Assembly: GCA_963662285.2 (NCBI GenBank)
Contig: CAXXMV010000006.1
Coordinates: 1,792,001 to 1,856,000, forward strand
Direction of reading: 5' to 3'
Source of the DNA: a bacterium
GTDB taxonomy: Bacteria > Hinthialibacterota > Hinthialibacteria > Hinthialibacterales > Hinthialibacteraceae
DNA: 64,000 nucleotides
The position numbers and the translations under genes were made by a program. This document shows positions 17,481 to 27,350 of the stretch, in pieces. The notes below the pieces were generated by a model, which worked only from the letters and a program-made list of their open reading frames with translations, was not told the origin of the DNA and ran no database searches. Positions within the stretch are counted from its first letter, which is position 1; each line of letters starts with the position of its first letter.

Positions 17481-19451
17481 TTGTTCATTATTCACAGTTT
17501 TTTATATAGAATGGCTGGTATAATGCAGAATCATCTGGAAGAAAACCTGAAGCTTCTCGAGTTATATGATGCTGAATTAGCTGATCGATTACGCAATCAT
17601 AATCCATCCAATCGCATTGAAACTTTTATAACGCCGCAGAATTTCATCTCTCTTCGCGCAAAAACCGGAAACGGCGTTCAACTGATTCATAGCGGGCAGG
17701 AACCTATCAGAGAAGCTGAGCGATGGATGAGTACGTTAGATATCCAAAATCCATATAATATTATGGTTTTTGGCTGTGGTCTCTTTTATCATTCCTTTCA
17801 GCTGGTTAAACATTACCATTCAAATCTTCGTCATCTGGTTATCGTCGAAAAAGATATTGATATACTTCACACCTCATTTTCCGCAGTTGATATCTCTAAT
17901 TTTCTTAGAACAAAAATGACGTATTTTATTACTGAACCTTCTCCTGCTGATATTAGAAAGTTCATGAATCAGCATCTTACATCTTTTACGATAGATGGGC
18001 TTTCCATAGTTGAGCATCCGGCATCCTGTTCTTTATATCCTGAATTTTATAAAGAAACCAAAAGCATAATTGATGAATGCCTGCAGAATGGAACAATTCT
18101 GCTTCGTACCAAAGTGGCTCTTGGTGGAATGATACAGGAAAACATTATCAGGAATTCTCCTAATATATTCAGTCTTCCATCCATATCAGTCTTCAGCGGC
18201 ATGTTTCCCAACATTCCCGCTTTCATCATTGGCGCCGGACCGTCTCTCGATAAAAATATTGAACAGTTAGCTGCGGTACAAGATAAAGGCGTCATTATTG
18301 CCGCCGATACGGTATTGAAGCCCTTACGTGAACGTGGCATCCATCCTCATATCGTGATTTCTACTGATCCCACCGAACTCAATAACAAACATTTTGAAGG
18401 AATCAATGATTTAGGCGAAACCATTCTGGCTTTTGCTCTATCAGTTAATTCCAAAATTCCCAAGGATATTACAGGTACTAAAGTAGTCATTCCAACCCAA
18501 AACTCCAGACTTCTATCTTTGTTTAATAAGGTTAAACAGGAAACCAATCCACTTCAGACCGGTGTTAATGTAGGGCAGACCTGTTTCAATCTGGCCAAAT
18601 ATCTTGGTTGTGATCCCATCGTTATGGTTGGCTTGGATTTCTCTTTCCCGGTAGAAGGCGGAACAACTCATGCATCGGGTACGGCATTGCAAAGACCGAT
18701 TATTAAATCTGAAACGCCAGGCAAGATGAAAGTCGAACTACTCGACGCCCAACGCTCATTGGAAGAATTCGATCCTATACTGATACCTGGCAGTTACGTC
18801 AATCAAGTAGCAACCAACAAGTTTTGGCTGGCTTATCTAAGATCAATGGAACAGGCCATCAGCAATACTTCAGCGCGGGTTATCAATTGCACTGAAGGCG
18901 GCGCGCTGGTAGAAGGAGCGCAAAACAGAAAATTAGCAGATGTGATTAACGATGTATGCATCAATGATGCGCAAGCGCGCAGCAATCTACATGCGGTAGT
19001 GGGCTTTTTCTTTGGCGAGCCGCTCGATGAAGGCATTCAAATTCTAAATGAATGCTTAACTATTCTAAAAACCGCTATTAAATATGCTGATAAGGGTTTA
19101 CAGGAATTATCAGCTCTGAAGACGGTTGCCCACAGCGTTTCACCGGATAAAGGTATTCTACAGGAGAAACTGGATGCCATTACCGAAGCGCATAAACAAC
19201 TTGTGCAGGATCATAAAGTTTATATCGTTTTAGATGAAGCCGCCGATGCCATTCTTCATCCTTTCCTGCAACAGAACAAAAGACCGAGCGGTAATCTTGT
19301 TTCGGAAGAGAATATTCAAATCTCGATTGAGCGATATACTCCATATTTTGAAAATATCAAAGATATCTGCGAGCGTTATTCCGCTATAATTAGTGAAACG
19401 ATTGAATCTATGGAATCTACTGGAAGCAACTTATCTGATTTTAGTTTTTAA
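17481..19451 (+). CDS. Motility-associated factor (Maf/DUF115, MptE-like) glycosyltransferase family protein
   Basis: IIGAGPSLDKN, GCDPIVMVGLDFS, VINCTEGGA motifs; the true start may be 17511 or 17523. Confidence 0.85.
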   Translation: MFIIHSFLYRMAGIMQNHLEENLKLLELYDAELADRLRNHNPSNRIETFITPQNFISLRAKTGNGVQLIHSGQEPIREAERWMSTLDIQNPYNIMVFGCGLFYHSFQLVKHYHSNLRHLVIVEKDIDILHTSFSAVDISNFLRTKMTYFITEPSPADIRKFMNQHLTSFTIDGLSIVEHPASCSLYPEFYKETKSIIDECLQNGTILLRTKVALGGMIQENIIRNSPNIFSLPSISVFSGMFPNIPAFIIGAGPSLDKNIEQLAAVQDKGVIIAADTVLKPLRERGIHPHIVISTDPTELNNKHFEGINDLGETILAFALSVNSKIPKDITGTKVVIPTQNSRLLSLFNKVKQETNPLQTGVNVGQTCFNLAKYLGCDPIVMVGLDFSFPVEGGTTHASGTALQRPIIKSETPGKMKVELLDAQRSLEEFDPILIPGSYVNQVATNKFWLAYLRSMEQAISNTSARVINCTEGGALVEGAQNRKLADVINDVCINDAQARSNLHAVVGFFFGEPLDEGIQILNECLTILKTAIKYADKGLQELSALKTVAHSVSPDKGILQEKLDAITEAHKQLVQDHKVYIVLDEAADAILHPFLQQNKRPSGNLVSEENIQISIERYTPYFENIKDICERYSAIISETIESMESTGSNLSDFSF

Positions 19452-19481
19452 TTTTTCATATTTTTTGGAAGAGCAAATAAC

Positions 19482-20051
19482 ATGTTGATCAAACGTGAAG
19501 ACAATGGCGACGTAACCATTCTAAAAGTTTTTGGAGAAATCAACCGCACCGATACCGGTGATTTAAGAAAATCTTTGGAAAAAATTTTAGACGAAGAACG
19601 TACCAATGTTATATTGGATATGGAAGAAATAAAATTTGTCAGCAGTTTTATGATTATGATGCTGCTGCGCTTGAATCGTGAATTTCTTGCTGCAGGAGGC
19701 GGTATTAAATTGCTTAAGCCGAGGAGCGTGGTGAAACGCTTTTTAAGTATTGGCCGCGTGCTTGAATTGTTCGAGAGTTTTGATACTCGCATCGATGCCT
19801 TAAAATCTTTTCAAGTCAACATAAACAATGAATCATCCAAGCCGGAAAATAAAATTAAAAAGGCCGGGCATGATCAACGCGCCGTTATGCTCCGGTTGAT
19901 TGAGATGCTGCAAGAGAAGGGCGTGATAGATAGTAAAGAGTTCGATAATGAAATGAATCTCTCTTCGCGTTTGGTATTCCAGGTTTTCCGCCAGGGAATA
20001 CTGGATGACCCGCTTAAACCTGATAGCCCTGCCAGAAAGAAACAGGCATAG
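19482..20051 (+). CDS. STAS-domain protein with C-terminal helical extension
   Basis: VILDMEEIKFVSS…GGGIKLL..P; extra ~75 aa (LIEMLQEKGVI). Confidence 0.8.
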   Translation: MLIKREDNGDVTILKVFGEINRTDTGDLRKSLEKILDEERTNVILDMEEIKFVSSFMIMMLLRLNREFLAAGGGIKLLKPRSVVKRFLSIGRVLELFESFDTRIDALKSFQVNINNESSKPENKIKKAGHDQRAVMLRLIEMLQEKGVIDSKEFDNEMNLSSRLVFQVFRQGILDDPLKPDSPARKKQA

Positions 20052-20055
20052 TGCA

Positions 20056-20700
20056 TTACCATTCCGTGGCCTGCTCTGGAGCATCGGCCAGCGTGTTGCA
20101 TATCCAATCGGCGCCGCCGAGTTGTTCGGCGCTGAAACTGGTCATCAGCGCCAGACATTTGCTTCCAGCCGCTTTGGCTGCTGCAACTCCTGAAATAGCG
20201 TCTTCAACCACCAGAGCGTTTTGCGGGGCAACGCCGATTCTCTCGGCGGCGAACAGAAAGATGTCGGGGTGGGGTTTTTTCTTTTCCACTTCCAGACCAT
20301 TAACGCAGGCATTGAAACTTTGCTCGGACAGACCCATCTCACGCAGGTTAATCTCCATTTTAGTACGGTCGGCGCTGGTGGCGACGGCGGTTTTTAGCCC
20401 CAGCGTCTTACAGCGAGCCAGAAAATCCATAACGCCATCCAGGGGATCAATGCGCCCGCGGACGATCTCATCATATATCTCATAAGTCCGGGTTTTAGCG
20501 CTGGTGATCTCTATTTCCACGCCGTATTTTTCCGCCACGCCGCCGATGTAGCGGTTCTCTCCCATACCAACGAAATCCAGAAAATCTTCGGCTTTAACGG
20601 TGACGCCTAATTCAGCGAAATACTTCATCGCCGCTTCACAAATAAACTCTTCCGTGTCCACTAAAACGCCGTCCATGTCGAAGATAACCGCTTCTATCAC
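20056..20700 (-). CDS. HAD family phosphatase (beta-PGM/CbbY-like)
   Basis: AVIFDMDGVLVDTE, KKPHPDIFL, VVEDA..GV.AA; AAGGAG RBS before GTG 20700. Confidence 0.9.
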   Translation of the reverse strand: MIEAVIFDMDGVLVDTEEFICEAAMKYFAELGVTVKAEDFLDFVGMGENRYIGGVAEKYGVEIEITSAKTRTYEIYDEIVRGRIDPLDGVMDFLARCKTLGLKTAVATSADRTKMEINLREMGLSEQSFNACVNGLEVEKKKPHPDIFLFAAERIGVAPQNALVVEDAISGVAAAKAAGSKCLALMTSFSAEQLGGADWICNTLADAPEQATEW

Positions 20701-20741
20701 AATGAAATGCTCCTTTATTGTCAGTTGCTTATAGCATTTAG

Positions 20742-20831
20742 ATTCCTCCCCCAAGCAGGGGGAGGTTAGGAGGGGGTTGTTTGGATGAAACGCAACCCCT
20801 CTCTAACTCCCCCCAGGCTTGGGGGGAGAAT
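20742..20831. repeat. Inverted doublet of CCCCTC-type palindromic repeat (family C)
   Basis: ATTCCTCCCCCAAGCAGGGGGAGGTTAGGAGGGGGTTG…CAACCCCTCTCTAACTCCCCCCAGGCTTGGGGGGAGAAT; relatives at 49181-49320 and 49391-49430. Confidence 0.75.
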
Positions 20832-20885
20832 GTTTTCATCAATGCCTAATTATAATACCCCGGCTCAAGTTGGTAATTAAGGCGC

Positions 20886-22310
20886 TCACCAGTTTTTGCC
20901 TGAATGAAAATGCTCGTTGCGGATTTTCCATGCTTCAGTCAGGTTCAATTCTTCAAGCATCTCCGCTTCAGGCGCGAAGCGGTCATTTAAGCGATGCAGC
21001 CATTGTTGCAGTTCATCCTCCATTTTGCTGCGCAGGGATGAGTAGTTATTATCATCAATCAGGTTATTCATTTGATATGGGTCTTTCTTGTTATCATAGA
21101 GCACCCAGCCTTTGTCGCGCCACCGCGCATAGGTGTATCGGTCAGTACGCACGCCCCGCCAGGGACGTCCGTTCCACAACCGCGACTGATCGCAGCGCAG
21201 GTAATCCATCAGTGGAACAGAGGTGTGCTTCTCGCCAGTTCCATGCAGAACCTGTTGGCTCAGGTCTAGCCCCTGCATCTCATCGGGGATATCTGAACCG
21301 CTCAGCGATAATAATGTAGGCGCCAGGTCAGCAGTGCAAAACAGGCTTTCGTTTTGCTGGTTGGGCTGAATCTGTTTGGGGTGACTTATCAGCAGCGGCA
21401 CGTTGATTGATTCTTCCCAGGGCTGCTGTTTTTTTACGCGGTCATGAGACCAGAGCATGTCTCCGTGATCCGAGGTGAATACTACTATGGTATCATCGCG
21501 CAGGCTTAGATTTTCCAAGGTTTTCATCAGGCGTCCAACGCAGACGTCGAGCGCTGTGATATGTGAATAATATCCGGCGATCTTGTTACGTTCGGGATTC
21601 TTGCAATTAAACCGGATCGGTATTTTATCAGGATCATAAAAAGCCTTGTAATTATCGGGAACCATTTCATAAGGCGCATGGGGCGTTCCATAGGATACGG
21701 TCAGGAAGAATGGATCATCCTGATGCTCCTGAATGAAATCAATAGCCAGATCAGTCTGGATGTTTGGTTCATATCCATCGCGTTGGATCAATTCCGGCGT
21801 ATCCAGGAAATACTTGGTTTTGTAATAATTGTGATGACAGTTATATACCGCCCAGAAATCATCGAAACCCTGCCGCCGCGGCCCGGGGGGAGTGAACTTA
21901 TGGCGCGAGATTCCATCCAGATGCCATTTGCCGATATATCCGGTTTTGCATCCATCATTCTTAAGCGCCGTGGCGATGGTTGACTGTCCGGTTGGCAAGG
22001 GGAGATCATTGGATATGCAACGGTTGGCGGTGGGATACTTGCCGGTTAGGAATATAGCGCGGCTGGGAGTGCACAATGGAGCATTGGCGATAGAGTTATT
22101 AAAGCGAACGCCCGAACTGGCCAGCTGATCCAGATTAGGCGTCAGCAAATCAGAGTTGCCCGCGCAGTTCAAATCCATCCCGCGATGCTGATCTGCCAGG
22201 ATAAACAAAATATTAGGCTTACGCGTCTTGGCCTCAGCATGAGCGTTAAGCGACCCCAGCGCTAATCCCGCTCCAGCAGTCTTAATGAAATCTCTACGGG
22301 TTGTTTTCAT
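20886..22310 (-). CDS. Tat-exported formylglycine-dependent sulfatase
   Basis: TRRDFIK Tat motif; PNILFILADQHR, CTPSRA (CxPxR), GKWHL, TSDHG. Confidence 0.93.
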   Translation of the reverse strand: MKTTRRDFIKTAGAGLALGSLNAHAEAKTRKPNILFILADQHRGMDLNCAGNSDLLTPNLDQLASSGVRFNNSIANAPLCTPSRAIFLTGKYPTANRCISNDLPLPTGQSTIATALKNDGCKTGYIGKWHLDGISRHKFTPPGPRRQGFDDFWAVYNCHHNYYKTKYFLDTPELIQRDGYEPNIQTDLAIDFIQEHQDDPFFLTVSYGTPHAPYEMVPDNYKAFYDPDKIPIRFNCKNPERNKIAGYYSHITALDVCVGRLMKTLENLSLRDDTIVVFTSDHGDMLWSHDRVKKQQPWEESINVPLLISHPKQIQPNQQNESLFCTADLAPTLLSLSGSDIPDEMQGLDLSQQVLHGTGEKHTSVPLMDYLRCDQSRLWNGRPWRGVRTDRYTYARWRDKGWVLYDNKKDPYQMNNLIDDNNYSSLRSKMEDELQQWLHRLNDRFAPEAEMLEELNLTEAWKIRNEHFHSGKNW

Positions 22311-22397
22311 TATCAATTATCTTTCTATATATGAATATGGATATAGTTTTGAGTATAATCTTATTGTTTCATAATTTGTTGATGATTTCAAACTGTG
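22233..22397. repeat. 165-bp direct repeat, copy 1 (sulfatase 5' end and upstream DNA)
   Basis: Colinear and ungapped with 23293-23457 (offset 1060), e.g. AATCCCGCTCCAGCAGTCTT and GATGATTTCAAACTGTG. Confidence 0.9.
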
Positions 22398-22444
22398 GAG
22401 GTGATTTTGATTTTTAACTGATTTTTCTTTCGACTTTTTAAGTA

Positions 22445-22474
22445 TTGACACAAGAGAACAAATGTGGGTACAAT
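22445..22474 (+). promoter_or_regulatory. sigma70-like promoter of the TA operon
   Basis: TTGACA-N18-TACAAT upstream of the antitoxin. Confidence 0.55.
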
Positions 22475-22502
22475 TAGTTGGGTTGAAAATGAGGGAATTA
22501 AA

Positions 22503-22793
22503 ATGACTATGGACATCCGAAAAGATAATACTCTTAAGATTCGTATGGATTCGATCACTTTAGACATGATGGAAAAAGCCAGGACGTATTTGAAACTGGA
22601 TAAAAGCAAATTCATCCGGCAAAGCATCCGCCAAATGTCGCAAACAGTTATTGCGGATCATGAACAAACCAGGTTCAACGAAGAAGACTGGCGGGCTTTT
22701 TTTGAAATGGTAGAAAATCCTCCTGAACCAACAGAGCGAATGAAGAAATCCGCCCGAAAATATCGCGAGATCACAAACGGCCATGAAGTTTGA
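22503..22793 (+). CDS. DUF1778 (RHH) antitoxin, TacA/AtaR-like
   Basis: KD.TL.IR, KA…SKFIR, F…VENPPEPTE.M; overlaps the GNAT start. Confidence 0.85.
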   Translation: MTMDIRKDNTLKIRMDSITLDMMEKARTYLKLDKSKFIRQSIRQMSQTVIADHEQTRFNEEDWRAFFEMVENPPEPTERMKKSARKYREITNGHEV

Positions 22794-23274
22794 GATTCTA
22801 AATCCGAAAAGGCATAATCGAAATGATTTTGATTGCGGCGTAAAAGCGTTAAACCTTTATCTGCAAAAATTCGCCAACCAGGATCAAAAGCGTAGCCTGA
22901 CCAAAGTATATGTTCTGGCGGATGAAGAGACCATTATTGGTTATTATTCGATCAGCGCCCATTCGGTTTTTCGTGACAATCTACCCGAAAACAAAAAAAT
23001 CGGCGCCTACCAAAACCTCCCGTTTCTTTTATTAGGCAGGCTGGCGGTGGATAAGCGGCGTCAAGGTCATGGTTATGGGGATGTTCTAATTCACCATGCC
23101 TTTGAAACGACGCTCTATGCGGCGGAAGCCATTGGAATCATGGGTATGGTGGTTGATACTAAGAATGAAAAGGCTCTCGCCTTTTATGAAGAATTCGGAT
23201 TCAAACGGTTATTGGGAACCAAAAACAGGCTGATGTTGCCGCTGGCAGCCATCAAAAAAGCCATCGAGCAATAA
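22783..23274 (+). CDS. GNAT acetyltransferase toxin, TacT/AtaT-like
   Basis: FDCG..ALN.YL, IIGYYS, LLGRLAVD..QG.GYG, VVDTKNEKA..FY..FGF. Confidence 0.9.
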   Translation: MKFEILNPKRHNRNDFDCGVKALNLYLQKFANQDQKRSLTKVYVLADEETIIGYYSISAHSVFRDNLPENKKIGAYQNLPFLLLGRLAVDKRRQGHGYGDVLIHHAFETTLYAAEAIGIMGMVVDTKNEKALAFYEEFGFKRLLGTKNRLMLPLAAIKKAIEQ

Positions 23275-23370
23275 TCAATAATTAAAGCCACTCTCAGCCT
23301 GAGCATGTAGTATCCCCAACGCCAATCCCGCTCCAGCAGTCTTCATAAAATCTCTACGGGGTGTTTTCAT
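23275..23370 (-). pseudogene. Orphan Tat signal-peptide remnant of a sulfatase-like gene
   Basis: Translates MKTPRRDFMKTAGAGLALGILHAQAESGFNY*, nearly the same as the sulfatase N terminus MKTTRRDFIKTAGAGLALGSLNAHAE. Confidence 0.8.
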
Positions 23371-23457
23371 AATCTATTATCTCACTATATAAGAATAAGG
23401 GCGTAATTTTGAATACATTCCTATTCTTTCATAATTCTTGGATGATTTCAAACTGTG
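23293..23457. repeat. 165-bp direct repeat, copy 2
   Basis: See copy 1. Confidence 0.9.
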
Positions 23458-23580
23458 TAGTTTAATTTATTGTGTTATGTAAATGAATCGTTTTATCTAT
23501 GGAGTATTCCAGTTAACATTCCATCATATCTATTATAAACTAAAACATTATATTTATTCAAACAACCAAGGAGCGCAACA

Positions 23581-24636
23581 ATGTCTCTCTTAACTAGACT
23601 ATGTCTATGTTTTTGTATTATATTTTCTTCATCTACTTTTACATTTGGATGTTCGGCTTTCTTGATACAAGATGATAATCACACTTTATTTGGAAGAAAT
23701 TATGATTGGAACAGATTAACAAAACCTTTAATTAGCATTAATCGCAGAGACATTGCAAAAAAAGCAATACCTTTCTTCATTACAACGAAGTCCGCAGAAT
23801 GGTCTTCAAAATATGGAAGCGTAACGTTTTGTAAAGGAGATACTGCACTTCCTTCAGATGGAATGAACGAAAAAGGGCTAGTGATTGCAATTCTGGCAAC
23901 ACCTCCCACTAAGATAATTGAAGATGATGATCGTCTAGGAGTTGGAATGCTAGAATGGATACAATACATGCTTGACACATGCGCTACTATACAAGATGTA
24001 GTTAACGCTGACAAGAAAGTTCGTCTCGCTTCAACTGGATTACTACAACATTATTTTATTAGCGACCGCAATGGAGATTCAGCGTTAGTCGAGTTTCATG
24101 AAGGCAAAACAGTATTTTATCGTGATCAAAGTTTGCCTGTCAAAGTTGCAACTAATTCATTCTACGACGAGTCGATTGAAGCATTGCAATCAGGCAAAGA
24201 GTATCTTAAAAATGATAAAGATTCTTTGGCGCGTTTCGTTAATCTTTCTAAGTCAGTTGACAATTGTACAGCGAAAACAATTGACGAAAAAATAAATTGC
24301 GCGTTTGACATGCTTAAAATGGTCTCCCGTCATTCTGAAAAATCAAAAACAGAATGGAGCGTAGTTTATAATATTAAAGAAGGACGTATTGATTTCAAAA
24401 CGTTTGATTCCAACAATGTTTGCACGATTGATCTAAAGCAAATCGATTTTTCTCATGATGCCGAGAGGAAATTAATGCGGCTGAATCAAAAGAAAAATGG
24501 CAATGTATTACCTTTATTCGAACCATGGACAGCATCAGTAAACTATGATTCTATACTTAGAGCTATTGATAGTATCCCAAAAAAATTAGAATCAGAGAGA
24601 AAAGGTTTGAAACTTTATCTTGAGCAATTCAAGTAA
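23581..24636 (+). CDS. Secreted linear amide C-N hydrolase (penicillin V acylase/choloylglycine hydrolase family)
   Basis: Signal peptide followed by CSAF (Ntn Cys), GRNYDW, DGMNEKGL, ATNS. Confidence 0.88.
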   Translation: MSLLTRLCLCFCIIFSSSTFTFGCSAFLIQDDNHTLFGRNYDWNRLTKPLISINRRDIAKKAIPFFITTKSAEWSSKYGSVTFCKGDTALPSDGMNEKGLVIAILATPPTKIIEDDDRLGVGMLEWIQYMLDTCATIQDVVNADKKVRLASTGLLQHYFISDRNGDSALVEFHEGKTVFYRDQSLPVKVATNSFYDESIEALQSGKEYLKNDKDSLARFVNLSKSVDNCTAKTIDEKINCAFDMLKMVSRHSEKSKTEWSVVYNIKEGRIDFKTFDSNNVCTIDLKQIDFSHDAERKLMRLNQKKNGNVLPLFEPWTASVNYDSILRAIDSIPKKLESERKGLKLYLEQFK

Positions 24637-24912
24637 CAAAGCAGGCTAAATCAATATTACATCGCCATATTTAAGAACTTTTTTTTTGCAAACCGATGGA
24701 TCACGTTAGCGTTATATCGTCGCATCTTACCAGATATGGAAACTATAAATGTTGATTGAAGGCAAGTTTGTCTTGACATGGTGAAGACTAACATGAGAAA
24801 ATGAAATAATAGAAAAAGGTGAAATTCTCGGCTCAATATGAAATCCCTGTTATTACTATTGAGAATATTCAGTCCCATTCAATTATTAAACTATGGCGGG
24901 AGACTTGAATTC

Positions 24913-25731
24913 ATGAATAAAATTATTTTCATTTTAGTGATTTTATTAAGTTGTCCTTTTTGTTATGCTGCTGTTCCAGAAATTGATTTAACTGGATTGA
25001 CAGAAAGTGATGTTAAAGCTAATGGGATTAGTATTCATTACATCCGTTCGGGTGGAGACAAACCACCACTAATATTGGCTCATGGTATGACTGGAAATTA
25101 CAAAGCAATGATGTTATACGCAAATGCCTTTAAGAACGAATACGATGTTATTGCATACGATGCCCGGGGGCATGGGGAATCTAGCCGGACTGATAAACAG
25201 TATTCCTACCAAGATAGTGCTGAGGATATTTTGGGATTGATAAAGGCCTTGCAATTAAAGAAGCCGATATTAATTGGACATTCTATGGGATCTTATTCTT
25301 GTGGGTTGTTTTCTGCGAAATATCCTGAAATACCAAAATCTGTAATACTTGAAGATCCTCCTCTTGGTATAGCTAAACCTGAAGATAAAGAACGGTTTGA
25401 GGCGCATATAAAACAAATATCTGATGTTAAAAAGCATTTGCTAAGTTTTCCAAATAAAACTTTTGATCCTGATGTTACTCTTATGCTAGATGAGATGATG
25501 GGAAAATTTTATTTGGAAGAATATTTCCCAACGATTGAATGTCCAACGCTCATTTTGAAATCCGGCAAGGGCATAACAAAAGACTATCGTATTCGAGTTA
25601 ATAAAATTGCAGAACGTTTATCCAAGGGTAAACTCATTTACTTTGATGATGCTGGTCATGGTATCCATTTTGAGCAGCCAGAGAAAACGATCAAAATTGT
25701 TAAACAGTTTTTGAATTCTTTAAACAACTAA
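24913..25731 (+). CDS. Secreted alpha/beta hydrolase
   Basis: Signal peptide, LAHG, DARGHGES, GHSMG nucleophile elbow, AGHGIH.EQP. Confidence 0.88.
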   Translation: MNKIIFILVILLSCPFCYAAVPEIDLTGLTESDVKANGISIHYIRSGGDKPPLILAHGMTGNYKAMMLYANAFKNEYDVIAYDARGHGESSRTDKQYSYQDSAEDILGLIKALQLKKPILIGHSMGSYSCGLFSAKYPEIPKSVILEDPPLGIAKPEDKERFEAHIKQISDVKKHLLSFPNKTFDPDVTLMLDEMMGKFYLEEYFPTIECPTLILKSGKGITKDYRIRVNKIAERLSKGKLIYFDDAGHGIHFEQPEKTIKIVKQFLNSLNN

Positions 25732-25910
25732 TACTCTTGCTGGGCAATGAAAACTAGCAACAGGAATAAATATTGTTCATGTTATTAATCTTTTTGTATT
25801 TTCATTTATTGCGTTTGCTCGTATACCGATGGGACGCTAGTCCGACATGGTGAATCGCTTATTTCCGAACAACTATTTAATTATTAAATTCGTTTTACGA
25901 GAGAAAAATC

Positions 25911-26921
25911 ATGAAAACACAAATACTAACCGCATTCTTCGTTCTGGGAATAATTAGTTCCGGTTTTACATCCACCCAAAATATTAACCCGGCCAAACTG
26001 CCTGATGAAGTCAGGGCGCAGCAAGTCAAGGATATGAAATGGGGCATGTTTATCTGCTGGTCGTTCAGCACTTTTTATGGATCAGAATGGACTCCAACTC
26101 AAGGGAAGGATGCCAGTTATTTCAAGGCCACGGGTTGCGATACTGACCAATGGTGTGAGACGGCTAAGGCCGCAGGGATGAATTACATCCTCTTCCTGAC
26201 CAAACACCACGACGGATTCTGCCTCTGGGACACGGCCACTACTGACAAGAAAGTCACCAATAGCCCCCTTGGCATCGACGTGCTGGCTCAACTGCGGAAA
26301 TCATGCGACAAGTACGGCGTTAAACTGGCGCTGTATTTTTCTGAAGGAGACTGGAATTGGCCTGAAGCAGTCGACGGCAAGAGCGGTAAGGGAGGTAATA
26401 ACCCTCAGTTAAAGAAAGCCCAGCTGAAGGAACTTCTAACCCAATATGGCCCCATTGAATTCTGGTGGATGGATCACGCCATTGGAACCGGAGGCTTGCC
26501 GCATAAGGAAACGGTTGAATGGATGCACAAATTCCAGCCGAACACCTTTGTCGGTTTCAATCACGGAACCCCGGCGGGAAGACTTTGCCTGCGGGAGCGG
26601 GGCAAACCAGGCAAACTGGGTGACGCCAGCTCAACCAAGTACAACAAAGAGGCGGAAACCTCATACAAAGGCTACCACGTCGCAGAGTTTACATATCCCA
26701 TCCTGCCGCCGCACAAAGGCGGGGCGGATTGGTTCTACTCTCTACCCAAGCACGACAATCTCTGCCACCCAGCGGAAAAACTATACGAGGATTACCTGGG
26801 AGCAGTGAAGCACGAAAATATCTTCTCTATAAATGTCGGCCCCAATTACCAGGGACGGCTGCGGGATATTGACGTGAAGACTCTCAAACGGGTTGGAGAA
26901 ATGATAAAATCTGGAGCATAG
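25911..26921 (+). CDS. Secreted alpha-L-fucosidase-like protein (GH29)
   Basis: KWGMFI.W, AK.AGM.Y..FLTKHHDGFCLW, WWMD, INVGP..G. Confidence 0.85.
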   Translation: MKTQILTAFFVLGIISSGFTSTQNINPAKLPDEVRAQQVKDMKWGMFICWSFSTFYGSEWTPTQGKDASYFKATGCDTDQWCETAKAAGMNYILFLTKHHDGFCLWDTATTDKKVTNSPLGIDVLAQLRKSCDKYGVKLALYFSEGDWNWPEAVDGKSGKGGNNPQLKKAQLKELLTQYGPIEFWWMDHAIGTGGLPHKETVEWMHKFQPNTFVGFNHGTPAGRLCLRERGKPGKLGDASSTKYNKEAETSYKGYHVAEFTYPILPPHKGGADWFYSLPKHDNLCHPAEKLYEDYLGAVKHENIFSINVGPNYQGRLRDIDVKTLKRVGEMIKSGA

Positions 26922-26930
26922 CTAGAAGCC

Positions 26931-27317
26931 ATGTCACAGATCAAGTTAAAACTAAGTGTTCTTGAAGGTCTTTTCACGGTTCATCAATTTTCCACCCATC
27001 GTGAAATTCCAATCCAGGTCTATAAGGATGGATTCTACAGCATTAGCAAGACTGAAGACGAATTGTCAATAGTATGCAGTTCTTCCATCCTGCTGGATTC
27101 AGAAAAGTCTGAAACCGGTTGGTCTTGTATCAAGGTCGTTGGGTCTTTGGACTTTTCTTTAACTGGCATCTTGGCGGAAATCTCAGCAGTTCTTGCCAAG
27201 GAGGGAATAAGCATTTTTGCAATATCAACCTTTGATACAGATTATATCCTGGTCAAATCAGAGAAACTACCGCTTGCCCGCGAAGCGCTGCTGGCATCCG
27301 GACATTCTTTCATATAG
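26931..27317 (+). CDS. ACT-domain protein (ACT_7/CASTOR-like)
   Basis: T.DELSIVC, LDFSLTGILA, ISIFAISTFDTDYILVK. Confidence 0.9.
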   Translation: MSQIKLKLSVLEGLFTVHQFSTHREIPIQVYKDGFYSISKTEDELSIVCSSSILLDSEKSETGWSCIKVVGSLDFSLTGILAEISAVLAKEGISIFAISTFDTDYILVKSEKLPLAREALLASGHSFI

Positions 27318-27350
27318 TAGAAAAAATTCTTCTTCTGCACGAACACAGAT

